From NCBI RefSeq assembly GCF_009914755.1, contig NC_060942.1: a DNA stretch of 64,000 nucleotides, one strand, 5' to 3'. The DNA comes from the human T2T-CHM13v2.0 reference genome, Homo sapiens. Below the pieces are notes generated by a model. The model was not told the origin of the DNA. It made no database searches and was given only the letters and a program-made list of their open reading frames with translations. Below, one piece after another: positions 26,510 through 41,411 of the stretch. How positions within the stretch are numbered: position 1 is the first letter of the stretch; each line of letters opens with the position of its first letter. The position numbers and the translations under genes were made by a program.

Positions 26510-26943
26510 TTATACATAACTGGTCATCCATCCCACATCCACCCATTCATCCGTGTATGTAGGTTCAGCACCAATCGGAAAGGTTCAGAAGTGCAAAATC
26601 TTTTTTTGTGCTTTGATGATAGAGTCATTTCCCACTCTGATTGGTGAATGGATATGGTGAGAGGTTATTTGGATTGCTGATACTTTCTCGAGGGAGGGCC
26701 AAGCCCATTTTATTCTCCTAATGAGCACTATTGTCTTTAAGAATAATTTTTGTTTAAGATGATCCACTTGAGGAAGTTAAGATTTAGGATTTTGGGGAAT
26801 TTGTACTTCAAACACAGTTCAGTTGTTGACAGTAGAGACTGTTCCTAATTACTGGATTAGTGACAATGATTCCAGAATGTTTTGTCATTTAAAACTACAG
26901 CATTATATGTATAGGAAAATTATATAGGCTGGATAATTAGAAG

Positions 26944-27969
26944 TGTCAACAAAAAAATCATAGGATCTGTAACTCTGGAGAGGAAACTATTTCTTATAAA
27001 GGGTCAACCAAAAGACAGGCACTTTGAGGGACAGGAGGGTAGAACAGGGATTTATGCTGAATGGGTTGGCCAAGTATACATACTCAACAGTTACAGGAGA
27101 AGCTATGAATATTTATGAAGGTGGTCCTAACGCATGTGTACTGAAAAAACGTGTTACATATGGCCCATGTTCTCTTAGGGGTGGAGACTTTTTAAATGTA
27201 TTACCATTAAGCCCTATACATCAAAAGGTGAAGCAGAGACAGGAAGGCACTCAAGTATGCAGCCTCTGTGAAACTGACCAGAACCAGTCCATGGTTGGTG
27301 GTCTTTTACCAGGAGAAAGTTACAGAAATAAATGTCTTGTCCAATCAAAGCATGGTTATGGCTGATAGAATAAGGGGTCAGTTAGCGTCTGGTGGTGTTC
27401 TGTCACCCAGGCTGGAATGCAGTGGCGCAATCTCGGTTCACTGTAACCTCTGCCTCCCAGGTTCACGCCATTCTCCTGCCTCAGCCTCCTAGCTGGGACT
27501 ACGGGTGCCTGCCACCACGCCCGGCTAATGTTTTTGTATTTTTAGTAGAGACGGGGTTTCACCATGTTAGCCAGGATGGTCTCGATCTTCTGACCTTGTG
27601 ATCCACCCGCCTCGGCCTCCCAAAGTGCTGCGATTACAGGCCTGAGCCACTGCGCCTGGCCAATTGTTTTATTCTTTAAGTGTAGGGAGGGGTGCATGAC
27701 TTAACCCTTGGCTGACATGGCTTTAGATCCTGTTTATTATTTGGTATCTTATTGTCACAAAGTTGTTCCGTCAGTCTTATGATCTCTCTTTTAATATCAA
27801 TGCTGATCAGTTGTTGTGTCTAAAACCACAAAAGGGAGGGGGTATGATGAGGTGTGTCTGACCTCCCATCCTGTTATGGTCAGAAACTCAGTTTCTAAGG
27901 TTCTCTGGAGTCCCCTTGGCCAGCAGAGAGTCTGTTCACTTGGTTGGAGAGTTTTATTTGTAGTTCTCA
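26944..27969 (-). mobile_element. ERV1 (MER4-group) LTR interrupted by an Alu
   Basis: Motifs gttggccaagtatacatactcaaca, gctatgaatatttatgaaggtggtcc and ggagtccccttggcc resemble MER4-group LTRs. Subfamily not determined. Confidence 0.55.
27399..27661 (-). mobile_element. Alu (AluY-like), tail end missing
   Basis: Diagnostic gttcacgccattctc and ttagccaggatggtctcgatc. Confidence 0.9.
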
Positions 27970-29844
27970 GAAGCAACACCTAACAGTGAAAAATAGCACA
28001 TTCTTGCCATAACTGAGGAATGATTGCGACACTGTTGTTCCCATGCTGTTGGATTGGCGCCTGCTGCACACGCTACAGCTCCGGGGCTTCATGCTGCTGA
28101 CTCTTTGCTTGTGGCCAGTCCCCATGCCTGCAGAGACACAGCTCCTCAGCTCCCATTGGAGGGGCTCAACAGCCAGTTTCCAGTGAACACATTTTCTTCT
28201 ATTCATTTTGATATTATAAGTTATCTGGTGCAGATGGAAATAGGAATACATGGGTCTTGGTTCAGAATTTAAAGATATTCCAGAGGCATGCATAGCATGT
28301 TACAGGTAGCACATTAAATGAGCCACAAGGTAATAGGGGGCCTTGTGTTCCTCTGTGTCAGCAGCAGTTTTCCTGAACTATGAGAGGTCACTGCAGTATG
28401 TGGACTATTCAGTTGGCCCAGCTAAGCAGAGGGTTTGGCTTTTTCTCTTTCAGAAAACTAACCAAAAATTTTGTTTCCCTTCAGAGAGAGACTTCGCCCC
28501 TAATAGTATCTGCCTAAAAATGCTTTTAAGCCCTCACTGCTCTTTGGGGAGAGCGATCCCACTGGGGAACAGCCAGATGCTTTTGGGCAGGGCAATGGGC
28601 TAGGAAATAAAGTTGCTTTTCCAAAAAAACACTTGTCATGTACCCAAGGGAATAATTATAGTTTTTTAAATCGCAATTTTCAAATAAGAACTGAATAAAA
28701 ACGTGGTATTTATACAGGAAGAGCTGGCTGCCTGGGACAGTTCTTGTAGCCATTTTATCCAGTCCCTGAAAAGAGGGATCCTTGATGATACACTTATTTA
28801 GACAAGGTGATTTTACTGGAACTCAGCACACAGCAGCAGGTGGTAAACTGGCTACAGAATAGAGCAATTCAGTCAACTTCAGAGGCTTTCTTGGCTTAGA
28901 TGATTAGGCATGCGATTAGGAATGTTGTGAGAATTAAAGGAGCTCATTCACAGAGATGCAACACATCCTCAGAAATGCCACCTCAATAGAAGGAAGTGAA
29001 CTCTAATCCAGCTAGCTATCCCTCTGTCAGCAGGTGTTATGAAAAAATAATATTTATGTCTTTGGAAGAAAAAATTGCCTGAAATTCTAAGGGTTGTGGT
29101 AATTTAGAACTTTCTAAACCTATCTATCTATCTATTGGTCAATCTATCTGTGTGTGTATACACACACATATAGAAGTTCACTGTTGGGTTAAACTATATG
29201 GACTTGTGTTTGTGAACAAATGTAAGACAGATTTTTGAATTTGTCTTGTGCTTGAATTCTGTTTCTGATATTATATTGAAGACGGATTACCATTTTTTAA
29301 TGGCCTAAAAACATGGTTTGTGAAGATAGTTATTAAGGCCACAGCCATCTATTTTAGAATCTAATTTTCACAGGAAATTTGAGTTTTTCTGATGAACACT
29401 GAGTTGCTCAATAAACATACATTCTAGAGCCCCAACACCATGTCCCAGAACCTGTGTAGCCAGGGTCTAGAACCACGTGTGGTAGCAGATGTGGCCTGGA
29501 ACCACCAGGCACTTAAACACAAACCCTCAAGTACCATCCATATCACCGTCTCTGTCCCATGAGATGGCCTCGTTTTCAAAATAAAGTTGAAAAGTATAAA
29601 GCTGGGCGCTGGGGCCTTGGTAAAGGTAAGCTGTTTTTCCAGAGGTTTAATCTTGTCTTTAGTGTGTTCCATACTTGAAGCTTTTGCTTGAGGGATGGGG
29701 TTTCTCCTTTACACTCAACTATGTTCAGGCTGTTTATGCCCCTGCCCTAGGGACATATTCTTTTCTAGTCTTTATGCTGTGGAAGAAAGATTAACCTAGC
29801 TGGTCTTCAGAGGAGTACCAGTTACCTCAAAACATGTTTTGTTT

Positions 29845-29988
29845 TGTTTTGTTTTTAATTTTAAATTTTAAATTTTTGTGGGTACATAGTAGGTGTATAT
29901 ATGAGATTTTTGATACAGGCATGCAATGTGTAATAATCAAATCATGGAAGATGGGGTATCCATCCCCTCAAACATTTATCCTTTGTGT
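29845..29988 (-). mobile_element. L1MA 3' end fragment
   Basis: tttttgtgggtacatagtaggtgtatat...ggggtatccatcccctcaa. Confidence 0.75.
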
Positions 29989-30479
29989 GAGAAATGTTAT
30001 TTCTTGAACAATTATTTCTGAGGCTAGGAGGACGATCCCAAAGCTAGGCCCCCCTGCTCCCTAGGAGGGCAAAGGAGATGAGCTGCTTTAAGATGCAGAA
30101 AATCCTGAAGACCTAGAACCTGCTCCTTCCTTTCCCACAGCTTTCCACACTGGAGACTGTGCAGAGACCTAGAGAGGCTGGGGCTGCCTTGGGGTCTTTG
30201 ACTATCACATGGGGAAAGCTCAGAACCTGCACAGCCCACTCTGCAGCTAAAATGGGTAGCAGCAGGCTAACTCATCCTTGGCTTTTCCTATGAGCCATGG
30301 CTGCAAAAGTAATATGTAAAGTAGAAAAGGATGTTGTGTTTTAGGTTAAAAAAAAGTCTTAAGATTAGGTAAATATCCTTATTCTTTGTTGACTATAGCA
30401 TAGTATAAAATGGCTTTTCACCAGAATTATTCTGAAAATTATAATATAAAACAAGCCGTGCTTGCTCTAACTAAGGCTG

Positions 30480-30635
30480 CCTGGTGGAACGTTCTGTGAT
30501 GATGGAAATGTTCTATATATAACTAATATGGTAGCCACTAGACATATGTGATTACTGAATACTTGAAATGTGGCTGGAGATTGAGGAATGAATTTTAAAT
30601 TTTTATTTTAGTTTATGGCTATGTATTAGCACAGG
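30480..30635. mobile_element. MER3/MER33-like hAT MITE
   Basis: ttctgtgatgatggaaatgttctat...ggtagccactagacatatgtg. Confidence 0.65.
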
Positions 30636-30783
30636 TCTGAGAGAATATACCTTTATATGTACTTTGTTGCTGTTTATTCATTTTGTACACAGGAAGTTTT
30701 ATGTTAAATTTAGTTTTGTATAAAATTGCTTTGGACTGCAGTTTCCTCCATCAAGATGATCAAACAATGTCTAAGAAACTATG

Positions 30784-31146
30784 TGATATGGTTTGGCTGT
30801 GTCCCTACCCAAATCTCATCTTGAATTGTGGCTCCCATAATTCCCGTATGTTGTGGGAGGGACCCAGTGGGAGATAACTGAATCATGGGGATGGTTTCCA
30901 CCCTACTGTTCTCATGGTAGTTAATAAGTCTCACAAGATCTGCTGATTTTATAAGGGGGTTTCCCCTTTCACCTGGCTCTCATTCTCTCTTTGCCTGCCA
31001 CCATGTAAGATGTGCCTTTCGCCTTCTGCCGTGATTGTGAGGCCTCTCCAGCCACGTGAAACTGTAAGTCCATTAAACCTTTTTCTTAAAAAAATTACCC
31101 AGTCTTGGGTATGTCTTTATCAGCAGCGTGAAAATGGACTAATACA
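30784..31146 (+). mobile_element. THE1 (MaLR) solo LTR with 5-bp TSD CTATG
   Basis: TGATATGGTTTGGCTGTGTCC...GGACTAATACA, with CTATG at 30779-30783 and 31147-31151. Confidence 0.92.
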
Positions 31147-32070
31147 CTATGTCTACATTGTGCTCTGAGTCTTGGGAATTCTTGTCCACAAAGGAGAATT
31201 CTATGTGAAGTCAATACTGTCAAATATACACTCTTCTCTCTTGACATATCCCACCTAGAAGATACAGTCTCTCCTCAGCAGAGTCCACATCAGACCTGTG
31301 AGTATAACCCTGTGATTACAATACATGCCATGGCAGAACACACCTGTTTAACAGCTAAATCCACCTTACAATAATGCTTTAAAAAGCAGCATTTCAGTTC
31401 TTGTGGTGGTGGTATATGTTTTCACCATGTCACCCTCTGGCTGGTCTTCACTACTGCTCTTCACCCTTATCACCTGGGAATCCTGTTCACAGAAGATTTT
31501 ATCCATGTGAGATTATGTAGTTGGTTGGATACTGAAAGCATCCAGAGAGATGGTTTCTTTCATAATGCTCGCTACATTTATCAAGGATGGTATTGGACAA
31601 GGCCTGGGTGCTAAGAGCTATAGGAAACATAAGGATGTGAGTTTACAAAGATCCCATTTTCAGAACCACAAAGGTACACTGTCAGATAAGAGTTTTGAGC
31701 CACAGCTAGTAAGTGGCAAGAGGCAGTCTGGGAGACAATGTTTGGATGCCAAGACATTGGAACATTGCTAACATCTTGCATTATGGCAGTTTTATGACAG
31801 GGATGGTCTGTGGGCTGACCTTAGGTATCCTGCCTTTAAAATAAAGTAGTGACTATCTTTTCATAATTTGCATAAACATTTAAATTAACAGCATTTTTAC
31901 TTTTTTCTCAATTTTGCTTGTTGTCTGTTCCTACTGGTCTATCCTGAAGTATGAAGCAGTTCTTGATTTAGCACAAGATTATGTATTAACTGATTTTAGG
32001 TTTATTAATATTTCATGGGGTTCCATACTAAGTAGCAATGGATTTTCCAGAGTAACATGAAGTCCCCATC

Positions 32071-32458
32071 TGATGTGGTCTGCATTTGTGTCCCTGCCCA
32101 AATCTCATGTCGAATTGTAATCCCCAATGTTGGAGGAGGGGCCTTGTGGGAGGTGATTGATTGAATCATGGGGGTGATTTCCACCTTGCCATTCTTGTGA
32201 TAGTGAGTTCTCACGAGATCTGGTTGCTTACTAGTGTGTAGCCCTCCCCCTTCACTCTCTTCCTCCTCCTCCAGCCATGTAAGATGTGCCTGCTTCCCCT
32301 TCCCCTTCCTCTTCAGCCATGATTGTAAGTTTCCTGAGGCCTCCCCAGCTATGCTTCTTGTACAGCCTGCAGAACTTCAAGTCAGTTAAATCTCTCTTCT
32401 TTATAAATTACCCAGCTTTAGGTAGTTCTTTATAGCTATGTGAGAATGGATTAATATA
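32071..32458 (+). mobile_element. MST (MaLR) solo LTR with 5-bp TSD CCATC
   Basis: TGATGTGGTCTG...ccccaatgttggaggaggggcc...GGATTAATATA, with CCATC at 32066-32070 and 32459-32463. Confidence 0.9.
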
Positions 32459-32893
32459 CCATCTCCACACTGAAGACACAGAGGACAGAGGCAAGGTGAC
32501 CAAAAGTTAATTGAGTGGTACTGGCATGAAGCACTTCACCTCAAGGAGGGTTCTCCTTGTGGGCTAGGGCTTCCCAGAACCCTGAGGTGGAGGTGGACTG
32601 GAGCTGGACCTTGGGAGGAAACTCTAGGTGTAACAGCACAGGAGGAGACCAAGCTGGAGTTTTGGAGAGAGAGAGTGGTTCAGGAGAGCAGGGCAAGATA
32701 GGTAATATAGAAAGTCAATGGCTGGAAACAAAGGGGCAAAAGAGGAGCTAACCTTCCTGAATTCTCAACTATATATTAGCTTTTTTAATGGCCACAATTA
32801 ACTCCATAATGGAGGCCATGTGTGTTAACAAGAGAATGCATGGCTGGAAAAACAGAATCCAGTCTGGGTTGCTTAAGCCAAAGAAGGATATCT

Positions 32894-33192
32894 GGCTCGG
32901 TGTTGTGGCTCATGCCTCTAATCCCAGCACTTTGGGAGGCTGAGGTGGGAGGATTGCTTGAGCCCAGGAATTCAAGACAAGTCTAGGCAACATAGGGAGA
33001 CTGCATCTCTATAAATAATGATAAAAATATTAACCAGGTGGTGTGTGCCTCTGGTCCCAGGTACTTGAGAAACAGGTGGGAGTATTGCTTGTGCCCAGGA
33101 AGTCAAGGCTGCAGTGAGCCATGATTGCGCCACTGCACTCCAGCCTGGGCAACAGAGTGAGACCCTGTCTCAAAAAAAAAAAAAAAAAAAAA
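32894..33192 (+). mobile_element. Alu (AluJ-type)
   Basis: ggattgcttgagcccagga (J diagnostic) and a long A tail. Confidence 0.92.
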
Positions 33193-34211
33193 TAGGGAAA
33201 TTCATCTCAAGATCCCAGGGGTAAGAGCACAGTCAACTTGAATTGGAAATCCACTTCGTGTCCAATTAACTGTAATGAAGGGGCCAGACTTTACTAGACA
33301 AATATAGCTACCAGGGACTCTCTGAATGGCTATTGGACAGAAAAAAGTTATAATCTTTAGAGCAATTGCTAAAACATAAAGCAGTGTAGTGTAAAAACCA
33401 ATAGATAAATTGAATAGAATTATTTAAACAAAACTGAAGGAGTAAATATGGGTCTACCTACAGCATGCCTGGTCATGAGTTGACAATTGATGAACCTGGA
33501 TGATGGATACATGGGGATTCATTATGCTCTTCTATCTTTGTAAATGTTAAAAACTCTCCATAATAAAAGGTTTAGAAAAATACACGCATTTATGCTGAAA
33601 CTAAAAAGGTCCCTTGGTCCTTCTATTCTAGTCATTATATATGCTTTACTGGAATAAAAACAGATTTTGAATTATTCTCCATGCAATAAAAGCAAAACCA
33701 CCCAGACCCATTAAGTAACAAATTTCAGATTTGGTGAGCATCATTGTCACCACTTCAGTTGATTAAAAATCTTGATGGCTGGAACCTTTCCTGGCAATTT
33801 TGATTTAGTATGTCTGGAGGGGGATCTGGGTATCTTACTTTCTACACATGATTCTAGTGGCATTGGTGCATGTCAGCTTTAAGGGCTAGATTCTGTGGAT
33901 TATCAGGTGCAGGCTGCCCCTTTTCATTCCTATCTTTGGCTTGCTTACTTCCCTGCAAGCAGCATGATGATGTAGCACTTTATGTACAATCTTAGCTACA
34001 TCGATGCATCATGAGGCATTCTGCCATTTATTCTCATTTTGTGACTCCAGCATAATGTCTTTTTCCTGGGCAGTTGATTTATAATATAGCCCATTTCCAT
34101 TTTAATTGCTTTAGTTTCAAAACATAAATTTCCTGGGTGTTTTTTCCCAATTTAACCCACTTAACCTCCTGTTGTTGGGTCTTTTGCCAGAAGCGCTCCC
34201 CTCCTCCTTTA

Positions 34212-35437
<1,226 letters not shown>

Positions 35438-35973
35438 TGAGTGGAGTCAGTCCTGCTCTTCCCTGCTCACTCCTTCTGAGGCAGGTCTTGAGCCTTTCCT
35501 TATCATAACCCCCTTCCTTTGATAGCCTTTTGAGAACTCCCACTTGATTGCCACAGATTTGAGTGACACCGCTGACCTCCTGGTTCCTCCGCTGCTTCAC
35601 TTGTGGAATCCAGGGCTGATTTAGAAATGCTGTGATTCGGGGGATCTCCAAGTACTAAAAAAGGGGTATCTGCTGCAGTGGAAGATGACATAACTTCTCA
35701 ACTCCCTTCTAACCTCGCTTGTCTTGGAGAAGCAGCCAAATGCTAGAATCTCCTATCCAGTGCCGTTGGCTCTTCCTTTGATCAATTCTGGCAAGAAAAA
35801 TACTTCTGGAAGACTAAACTCCAGCTATTGTCCTCAACAACTTGGTCTCTCTATATCCTTTTCTGCCACTCCATGAATTGTTGCACATTTATAAATCCTT
35901 GAAGTATAATAACCTAAACAACTAAAAGGGCCAAAATGTCTCCTAGAGAATATGTGACAGTCATGTTATGGTT

Positions 35974-35976
<3 letters not shown>

Positions 35977-36010
<34 letters not shown>
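35977..36010. repeat. (CA)n microsatellite, about 17 units
   Basis: Uninterrupted AC run. Confidence 0.95.
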
Positions 36011-36014
<4 letters not shown>

Positions 36015-37389
36015 AAATGACCACACTGAGTTATAAGTGGTTAGTTTTGGGATTGAAAAGGTAAGAGGTCTCGCTATTTTAAAGCAAATGAAGAAGCTGT
36101 TAATACGAAGCTCAGTTTATGCTCCCAAAGACTCTTAAGCGCTGATATTTCAAGACTTTGAACTATTACAAATATGGGGAAGCAGCCAGTTAGAGCTTGC
36201 CCTGATCCTTGAAGGCTAACTCTTCACCTTGGTTTTCCTCAGGGGCTATGGAAAGTGGTAGGTGGAGGAGATATCGAAGGCGCTTTCTCATGAATATCTA
36301 TCACTATTGTCAACAATCAAAATAAACATGTTTCAGAGCAAAAGTGCATGTGGAGAATCCTGTGGACTGCTCTTAGTTCCCCAGTGGGTTTGGAAGAGGG
36401 AAACCCTGGGTCGATTAGCAGGTAGACAGTGCAAAGGAAGGAAGTCTGGCCAATCACCGGGGTAGAGAGAAGTCAGGAAAGAGAATGAGCCAGCTGGGAC
36501 TGAAGTGTGCAGATGGTAGAGGCCCCTGCACCTCATTCCTCAAAACTCCTAATTCTCTAACCTCTGGGACTTCAGTACAAAAACTGCAGCCACCCAAAGA
36601 ACTTGGGGCTAGGTGGGTGACTCCCCACTTTCCCTGTTGGGAAGCAGGGTGGAGGCCTTGCTTCTGCCCACAGCCAGGACTGTAGAGGGAGGAAATAAAT
36701 AGGCATTCCTAATTGAAAATCTGAGCAACCTTCTCTGTAAAAATTTCATTAAATGTAGTAGGTATGTCAGATTTATCTTGTGTCAAATATTAAGCATATG
36801 TGGGCTAGAGGTTCCCCCATATGTCAATGGGAAAATGATTTCTGAATTACAGGCAACTTGCTTCCAAAGGAACTCTTGGAAGCCCACCCTGTTCTAAGCA
36901 GGAGACTGCTTGTCCTAAGGATGGCCAGGGACCAGGCAAAGTGAGGCTGGACAACTCAGAGCTGTGAAGAGGCAGGCAGAGCAGGTGGAAAGCTTCTGTT
37001 AACAGTGTCTGGCACCATTAAAACTCTTTCTTTATGAAGAGTTGTGCAAAACAATGTTTGGGAATTTTTTGTTTTTAAATGGTAAGAATAAAGTATAGCA
37101 GAAGTACACCTTCTTTAAAAAGTTAATAAGGAAGATAATTGTGGAACGTGTACAAACATCATAACACAAAACTGGAAGCAAGAAACTTCACTGGAAACTG
37201 ATGAGGAAGACAAACTTTATAGGAAGCTGCAAAAGAAATGAGCAGAGCGAGATATTTGTGGTAAGGGATACAAAGAACATACAATTGTGTACTTGAGAGG
37301 TTTCATGGAACATTATGACCCATCCAATGAAGACATCAACATTAACAACAAAAATTAATTGAGGAAGAGCAGTATGAAAATATTCTAAT

Positions 37390-37560
37390 GCAGTGCTGTC
37401 CAACAGAACTTTCTGTGGTGATGGAAATGTTCCATATCTTTGTGCTAATACAGAATCTACCAGCCACATGAATACTCAAAATGTGGCTAATGCAATTGAA
37501 GAAATGAATTTTTCATACAATTTACTTTAAATTTAAATAGTCATATGTGACTAGTGGCTC
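37390..37560. mobile_element. MER3-like MITE within the TPGS2 3' UTR
   Basis: cagtgctgtccaacagaactttctgtggtgatggaaatgttc...atgtgactagtggct. Confidence 0.75.
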
Positions 37561-37926
37561 CTGAATGAACAATGCAGTTCTAATGCTTCATGGGTCAAAA
37601 CCAGTGGTTTCTTTGGGGGACCTCTCTAATCAGTGCTAAGGGATTGAGGGTTGAGTGTTGAAGAAGAGGAAAGCACTCAGACTTATTTGGGCACTTACAC
37701 AAGATTCCAAATTCCCCATTGCTTCTAGAGGCAGGGGACAGCACAACCTGCTCTGGAGGCCTCACTACGAGCCTGGCTAATGTCGGTGGGACTAAAAGCC
37801 TTACAATTTTGGTCATTCAACTAGAAAGAGGCCTACGGTCCACACGCAAAACTGGAGGTCACCCCTAGGGCCATCTGTGCATGGAAACCACCACTCGAGC
37901 TGGTAGGGAGTTGGAGGGAGGGGTGC

Positions 37927-38172
37927 TCACTTCCGGGTGGGGTTTCCAGAGCCAGAGGAGGATTTAGAAGTGGAGGAAGTGGAGGGACCGGAGGGTCCTG
38001 AGGGCCCTTTCTGGCCACCTGCAGGCTGCACAGGCCCTTTCTTTTTTGGGATTACGATCTTGTTCTTGCTCTTAAACACTTTGCTGGGATCTAGCTTATT
38101 CACAAAGGAGTCGGTCTCTTCTGTGAGCAGGTTTGTGTTGTAGGTGATAGGTTTATACATGCTGAACCATTG
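37927..38172 (-). CDS. TPGS2: TPGS2 (tubulin polyglutamylase complex subunit 2) last coding exon 7 (QWFSMYKPITY...SGSGNPTRK*)
   Basis: Acceptor ttctgccttacAG at 38174-38173, 246 nt including TGA. Matches the TPGS2 C-terminus with its G/P/S-rich tail. Confidence 0.95.
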   Translation of the reverse strand, partial: QWFSMYKPITYNTNLLTEETDSFVNKLDPSKVFKSKNKIVIPKKKGPVQPAGGQKGPSGPSGPSTSSTSKSSSGSGNPTRK

Positions 38173-39299
38173 CTGTAAGGCAGAATTGGAAGACAAGGTC
38201 ACAATTCAAAGGAAAAATGCCATTCTGTGTGCTCTTTTTGTGGGATGCAGGAGAGTTGGGAACAGGAGGCAGAGGTACATTTTCATGAAAAACTGCCTAA
38301 AAATCTATTTGCTCTTCCTTTAAGTGGAGGTGATAACAGATCCCATCAACCTCTGGTAAGATAGACACATTGCTTTATGAGGTCTCAGGACCTTTAAGAT
38401 AAATGCAGTATGAAAACTAAGAATCTGAGCACACCTCCTTCTGATTTAGTGAGTCCTGAGCCTGGGATGCTAGATCCCAAAGCACTAGAGGACAGCGTCT
38501 ATTGTTCTGCCCTCAAACCAGCTACTCCCCATCAGGTGGATTCTGGCAGGCCAGTGTGGGCCTCTGCTGAGGGATGCTGTATCTTGTTGGTGTTCTGTTT
38601 CCTACTGTTTTTTTTTTTGGCAGCTGAGGGCAAAGGGCATCCACATTTATTTACCTTTTAAATCACAGCCGCCTCTCAATGTTGACCAGATAAATGTTAT
38701 AATTATGTGACATTTGAAGAAAATGAAGCCTACTAGATGAATACATACACAGTAAGGTGAGCTGGAGCTGAGTTCCTAATTTGCTGCTAATTTATAGCTG
38801 CAAGAAACCACCACGAAGGAGCCCAGATGAGCTCATTCTAGTCAAAAGTTTTTCCAGCCACACTTGGTGTTTTCAAACCAGGTTGTATACCTGGCATCTG
38901 TATGCCTGAAATGGTGACCAGACCTGTAATATAAATGAGGCACACCCACACAATGGAATACTCTGTAGCCACTGAAGAGGACAAGTGCCCTAAATGTACT
39001 GAAAGGGAATAAGCCCCAAGATGGAGTGTTATGTGAAAAGAACAAGATGCAGAATCATGTTGACAGTACATTACACTTGAGATTTAGAAAAAAGGAACAC
39101 CAAAAGTGTGCATGCATGCTTTATGTGCAATGAGTATCTTGGGAAGGGCGTACAGGAAACTCGTAATAGCAGCTGCCACTGGGGATGCACACTTGGAGAA
39201 CAGGGGAGTGAGAATCTGACTTTTCACTCTTCCTGGGTGCATGTACTGCCAACCCAGAACAAGTCATGGGACATAAACTATCCAACAGAATTTCATTAA

Positions 39300-39500
39300 A
39301 AATAAAACTCCCCAGTTAATTCTGAGAATCAGTCAAGTTTGGGAACCACTTAACTAGATGAGTAAAGTGAGGCTGTCCATTGGAATCATCTGTCTTGCTT
39401 ATTGAAAATGCAGGTTCCTGGGCCCCACCCTAGATCTCCTGAATCAGATAGGGAAGTTGGGAACCTGCAATGTAACCATTTCCTCAGTAGATTTTGGAAT
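39300..39500. mobile_element. MER5A-like fragments
   Basis: aagtttgggaaccact; aaaatgcaggttcctgggccccaccctaga. Confidence 0.55.
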
Positions 39501-39537
39501 ATACCATAGTTTACAATGGCAGGTGTTCCTCCCTTAC

Positions 39538-39698
39538 CTTGGCCTGTGGGCTAATGCCATAGCTGGTGAAGGCATATTGCCACTGGGGCAGGCCCAGGTG
39601 GGTGATGAGCAGGCGGTAATAGGCAGTAAAGGTGTCTGTGAGAAAATGCCAGTATAACGCTCTGTCCAGGAACCAGATCTCAGTGTCTTCTGCTAATG
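39538..39698 (-). CDS. TPGS2: TPGS2 exon 6 (ALAEDTEIWFLDRALYWHFLTDTFTAYYRLLITHLGLPQWQYAFTSYGISPQAK)
   Basis: Acceptor cttcAG, donor GTaagg. 161 nt, phase 1-0. Confidence 0.95.
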
Positions 39699-41297
39699 CT
39701 GAAGTAGAAGACAAAGGAAGTAAAAGATAAAGAATAGCTTAACAGTTTTTTCTTTTTAACTGTAAAAGGTTATACTCATGGCCTTAAAAAAAAATCCCAA
39801 CAGAGAGAATGGAAAATGTAAAGTAAAAGTTCCCCTTCTGCCCCACTTCTAACCCTCCAGTCTCCTTCTCTAGTGGCCACTTTACTAGTTCCTTTGATAC
39901 TCTTACAAATTTTTGCTAGATCAGTAGATTGATCTATCTGCTGGTCTCTGACCATCTGGAAGTCCAGTCAGGCTATCTAGGCAGCTACTCCTTTTCTGTG
40001 TGTCATAGCATTCCCCTCCCCCGGTAGGGGGGCGGAATACTGTGGTCTCAGCTTTCCTGAGAGAGAAAAACACTGAATGGCTTAGGTTTTTTTGAAGAAG
40101 TCTCTATCGGTGCCATGAAAAACAAAAAGTGCCACAAAAAACCACCATGAAGGAGCTTAGCCCAGTTCACTCCTGGGAGTCTTGCCTATACTGTGATGTC
40201 CTGCCTCCCAGTTTGTGACTTTCCATTCTTACTACTTCAAGCCTATCTTACTTCCTCTGCTGTCTAGATAGCTATAATATCTCCCTAAGTGCCCTCCATT
40301 ATCCATCCAGTCTCTTTCTTTGCCAAAACTGCTGGTAGTCATGATCCCTGCCATTTTACTAAACAACCTTCATTAGCTCCCCACTGTCTTCCACATTATG
40401 TCCAAACTCCTTTGCTTGCTTTCAAAGCTCTGCATCAGAGACAGCAATTAGCCTTCTAGCTTAATCTCCTCCTCACCCGCTACATGAACCATGTGGCCCA
40501 CTGAATTGGAATTGTCATTCCCCACAAATCAATTGTACTTTCCCATGGCTTGGCTTTTACCCATTTGTCCCTTTGCTTGGATGCTCCCTTGTCTCTTTTA
40601 CTCCACCAAATCCTCCTCCCCACCCGGTATCTAATTCCTACCCCACAGTTCAAGATGCAGCTCCATGACTACTTTGCAACAATTCCTCTGGCTGGATGAT
40701 TTCTCCTTGCCCCAGAGGTAAATCCTGGTGTCTGTATCCTCTCACCCCTACCAGACAGCTAGCTGAAGAGGGCTGCCATTGTCCAGCTCTGTAGTTTCAC
40801 AGTCCCTAGGCTGGGGTCTGAAGTGCTGTTAGGGGGCTAGGTGGCAGCTGCTGCTTGAGGGCAGAGAGGCTTTTAATTTCCCATCAGGGGTCTTTGGTCT
40901 AGTAATTCAGGTTTTTATTGCTGTTAATTGGCCTAGATATAGAAGTATAAAAGAAAGATAAAAGATAATGTGTTTTCTGGATGCTTATCTAGTACATGAA
41001 CTTGCTGTAGGAGTCTATTAACAAAATGCCTATTTCTTTTAGTTTTTACTCCCATATTCTAATCTCATCAACTATTTGGCAATAACTCACAAATGAAGAT
41101 GGATAAAAGGACTAATAATTAGCCCAAAGGGTGATGCTCAGAGAGAACCAAAGGGGTTTTTGGGTTTGGGACACACAAGGAACCTGGGAGCATCTCAAGA
41201 GGCCAAGGAGGTATGTGTCTCCTGAGCCATGGCTGACAAGCAAGGTCAGGCAAGACCCTAGCCAAACTACGGGACCACGCTTGTGAACAATTCTTAC

Positions 41298-41411
41298 CTG
41301 GTTTCCCACTTTTGTAGACAAGGCAAACTTTCCCACTGCCATTGCATGAATCCAGCTCAAATATCACACTGCGAGAGTCAAAGTGAGGCTTCTCTGGCTG
41401 ATCATCACTGG
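41298..41411 (-). CDS. TPGS2: TPGS2 exon 5 (ASDDQPEKPHFDSRSVIFELDSCNGSGKVCLVYKSGKP)
   Basis: Acceptor tttgcAG, donor GTaaga. 114 nt, phase 1-1. Confidence 0.95.

Noticed and set aside
30784-32458. THE1 and MST LTRs as the two ends of one provirus
   Set aside because: Different families, each with its own distinct TSD. The intervening sequence does not look like MaLR internal sequence.
40017-40036. CTCF-like CCGGTAGGGGGGCGG
   Set aside because: An extra G puts the conserved GGC out of register. Too weak to call without data.
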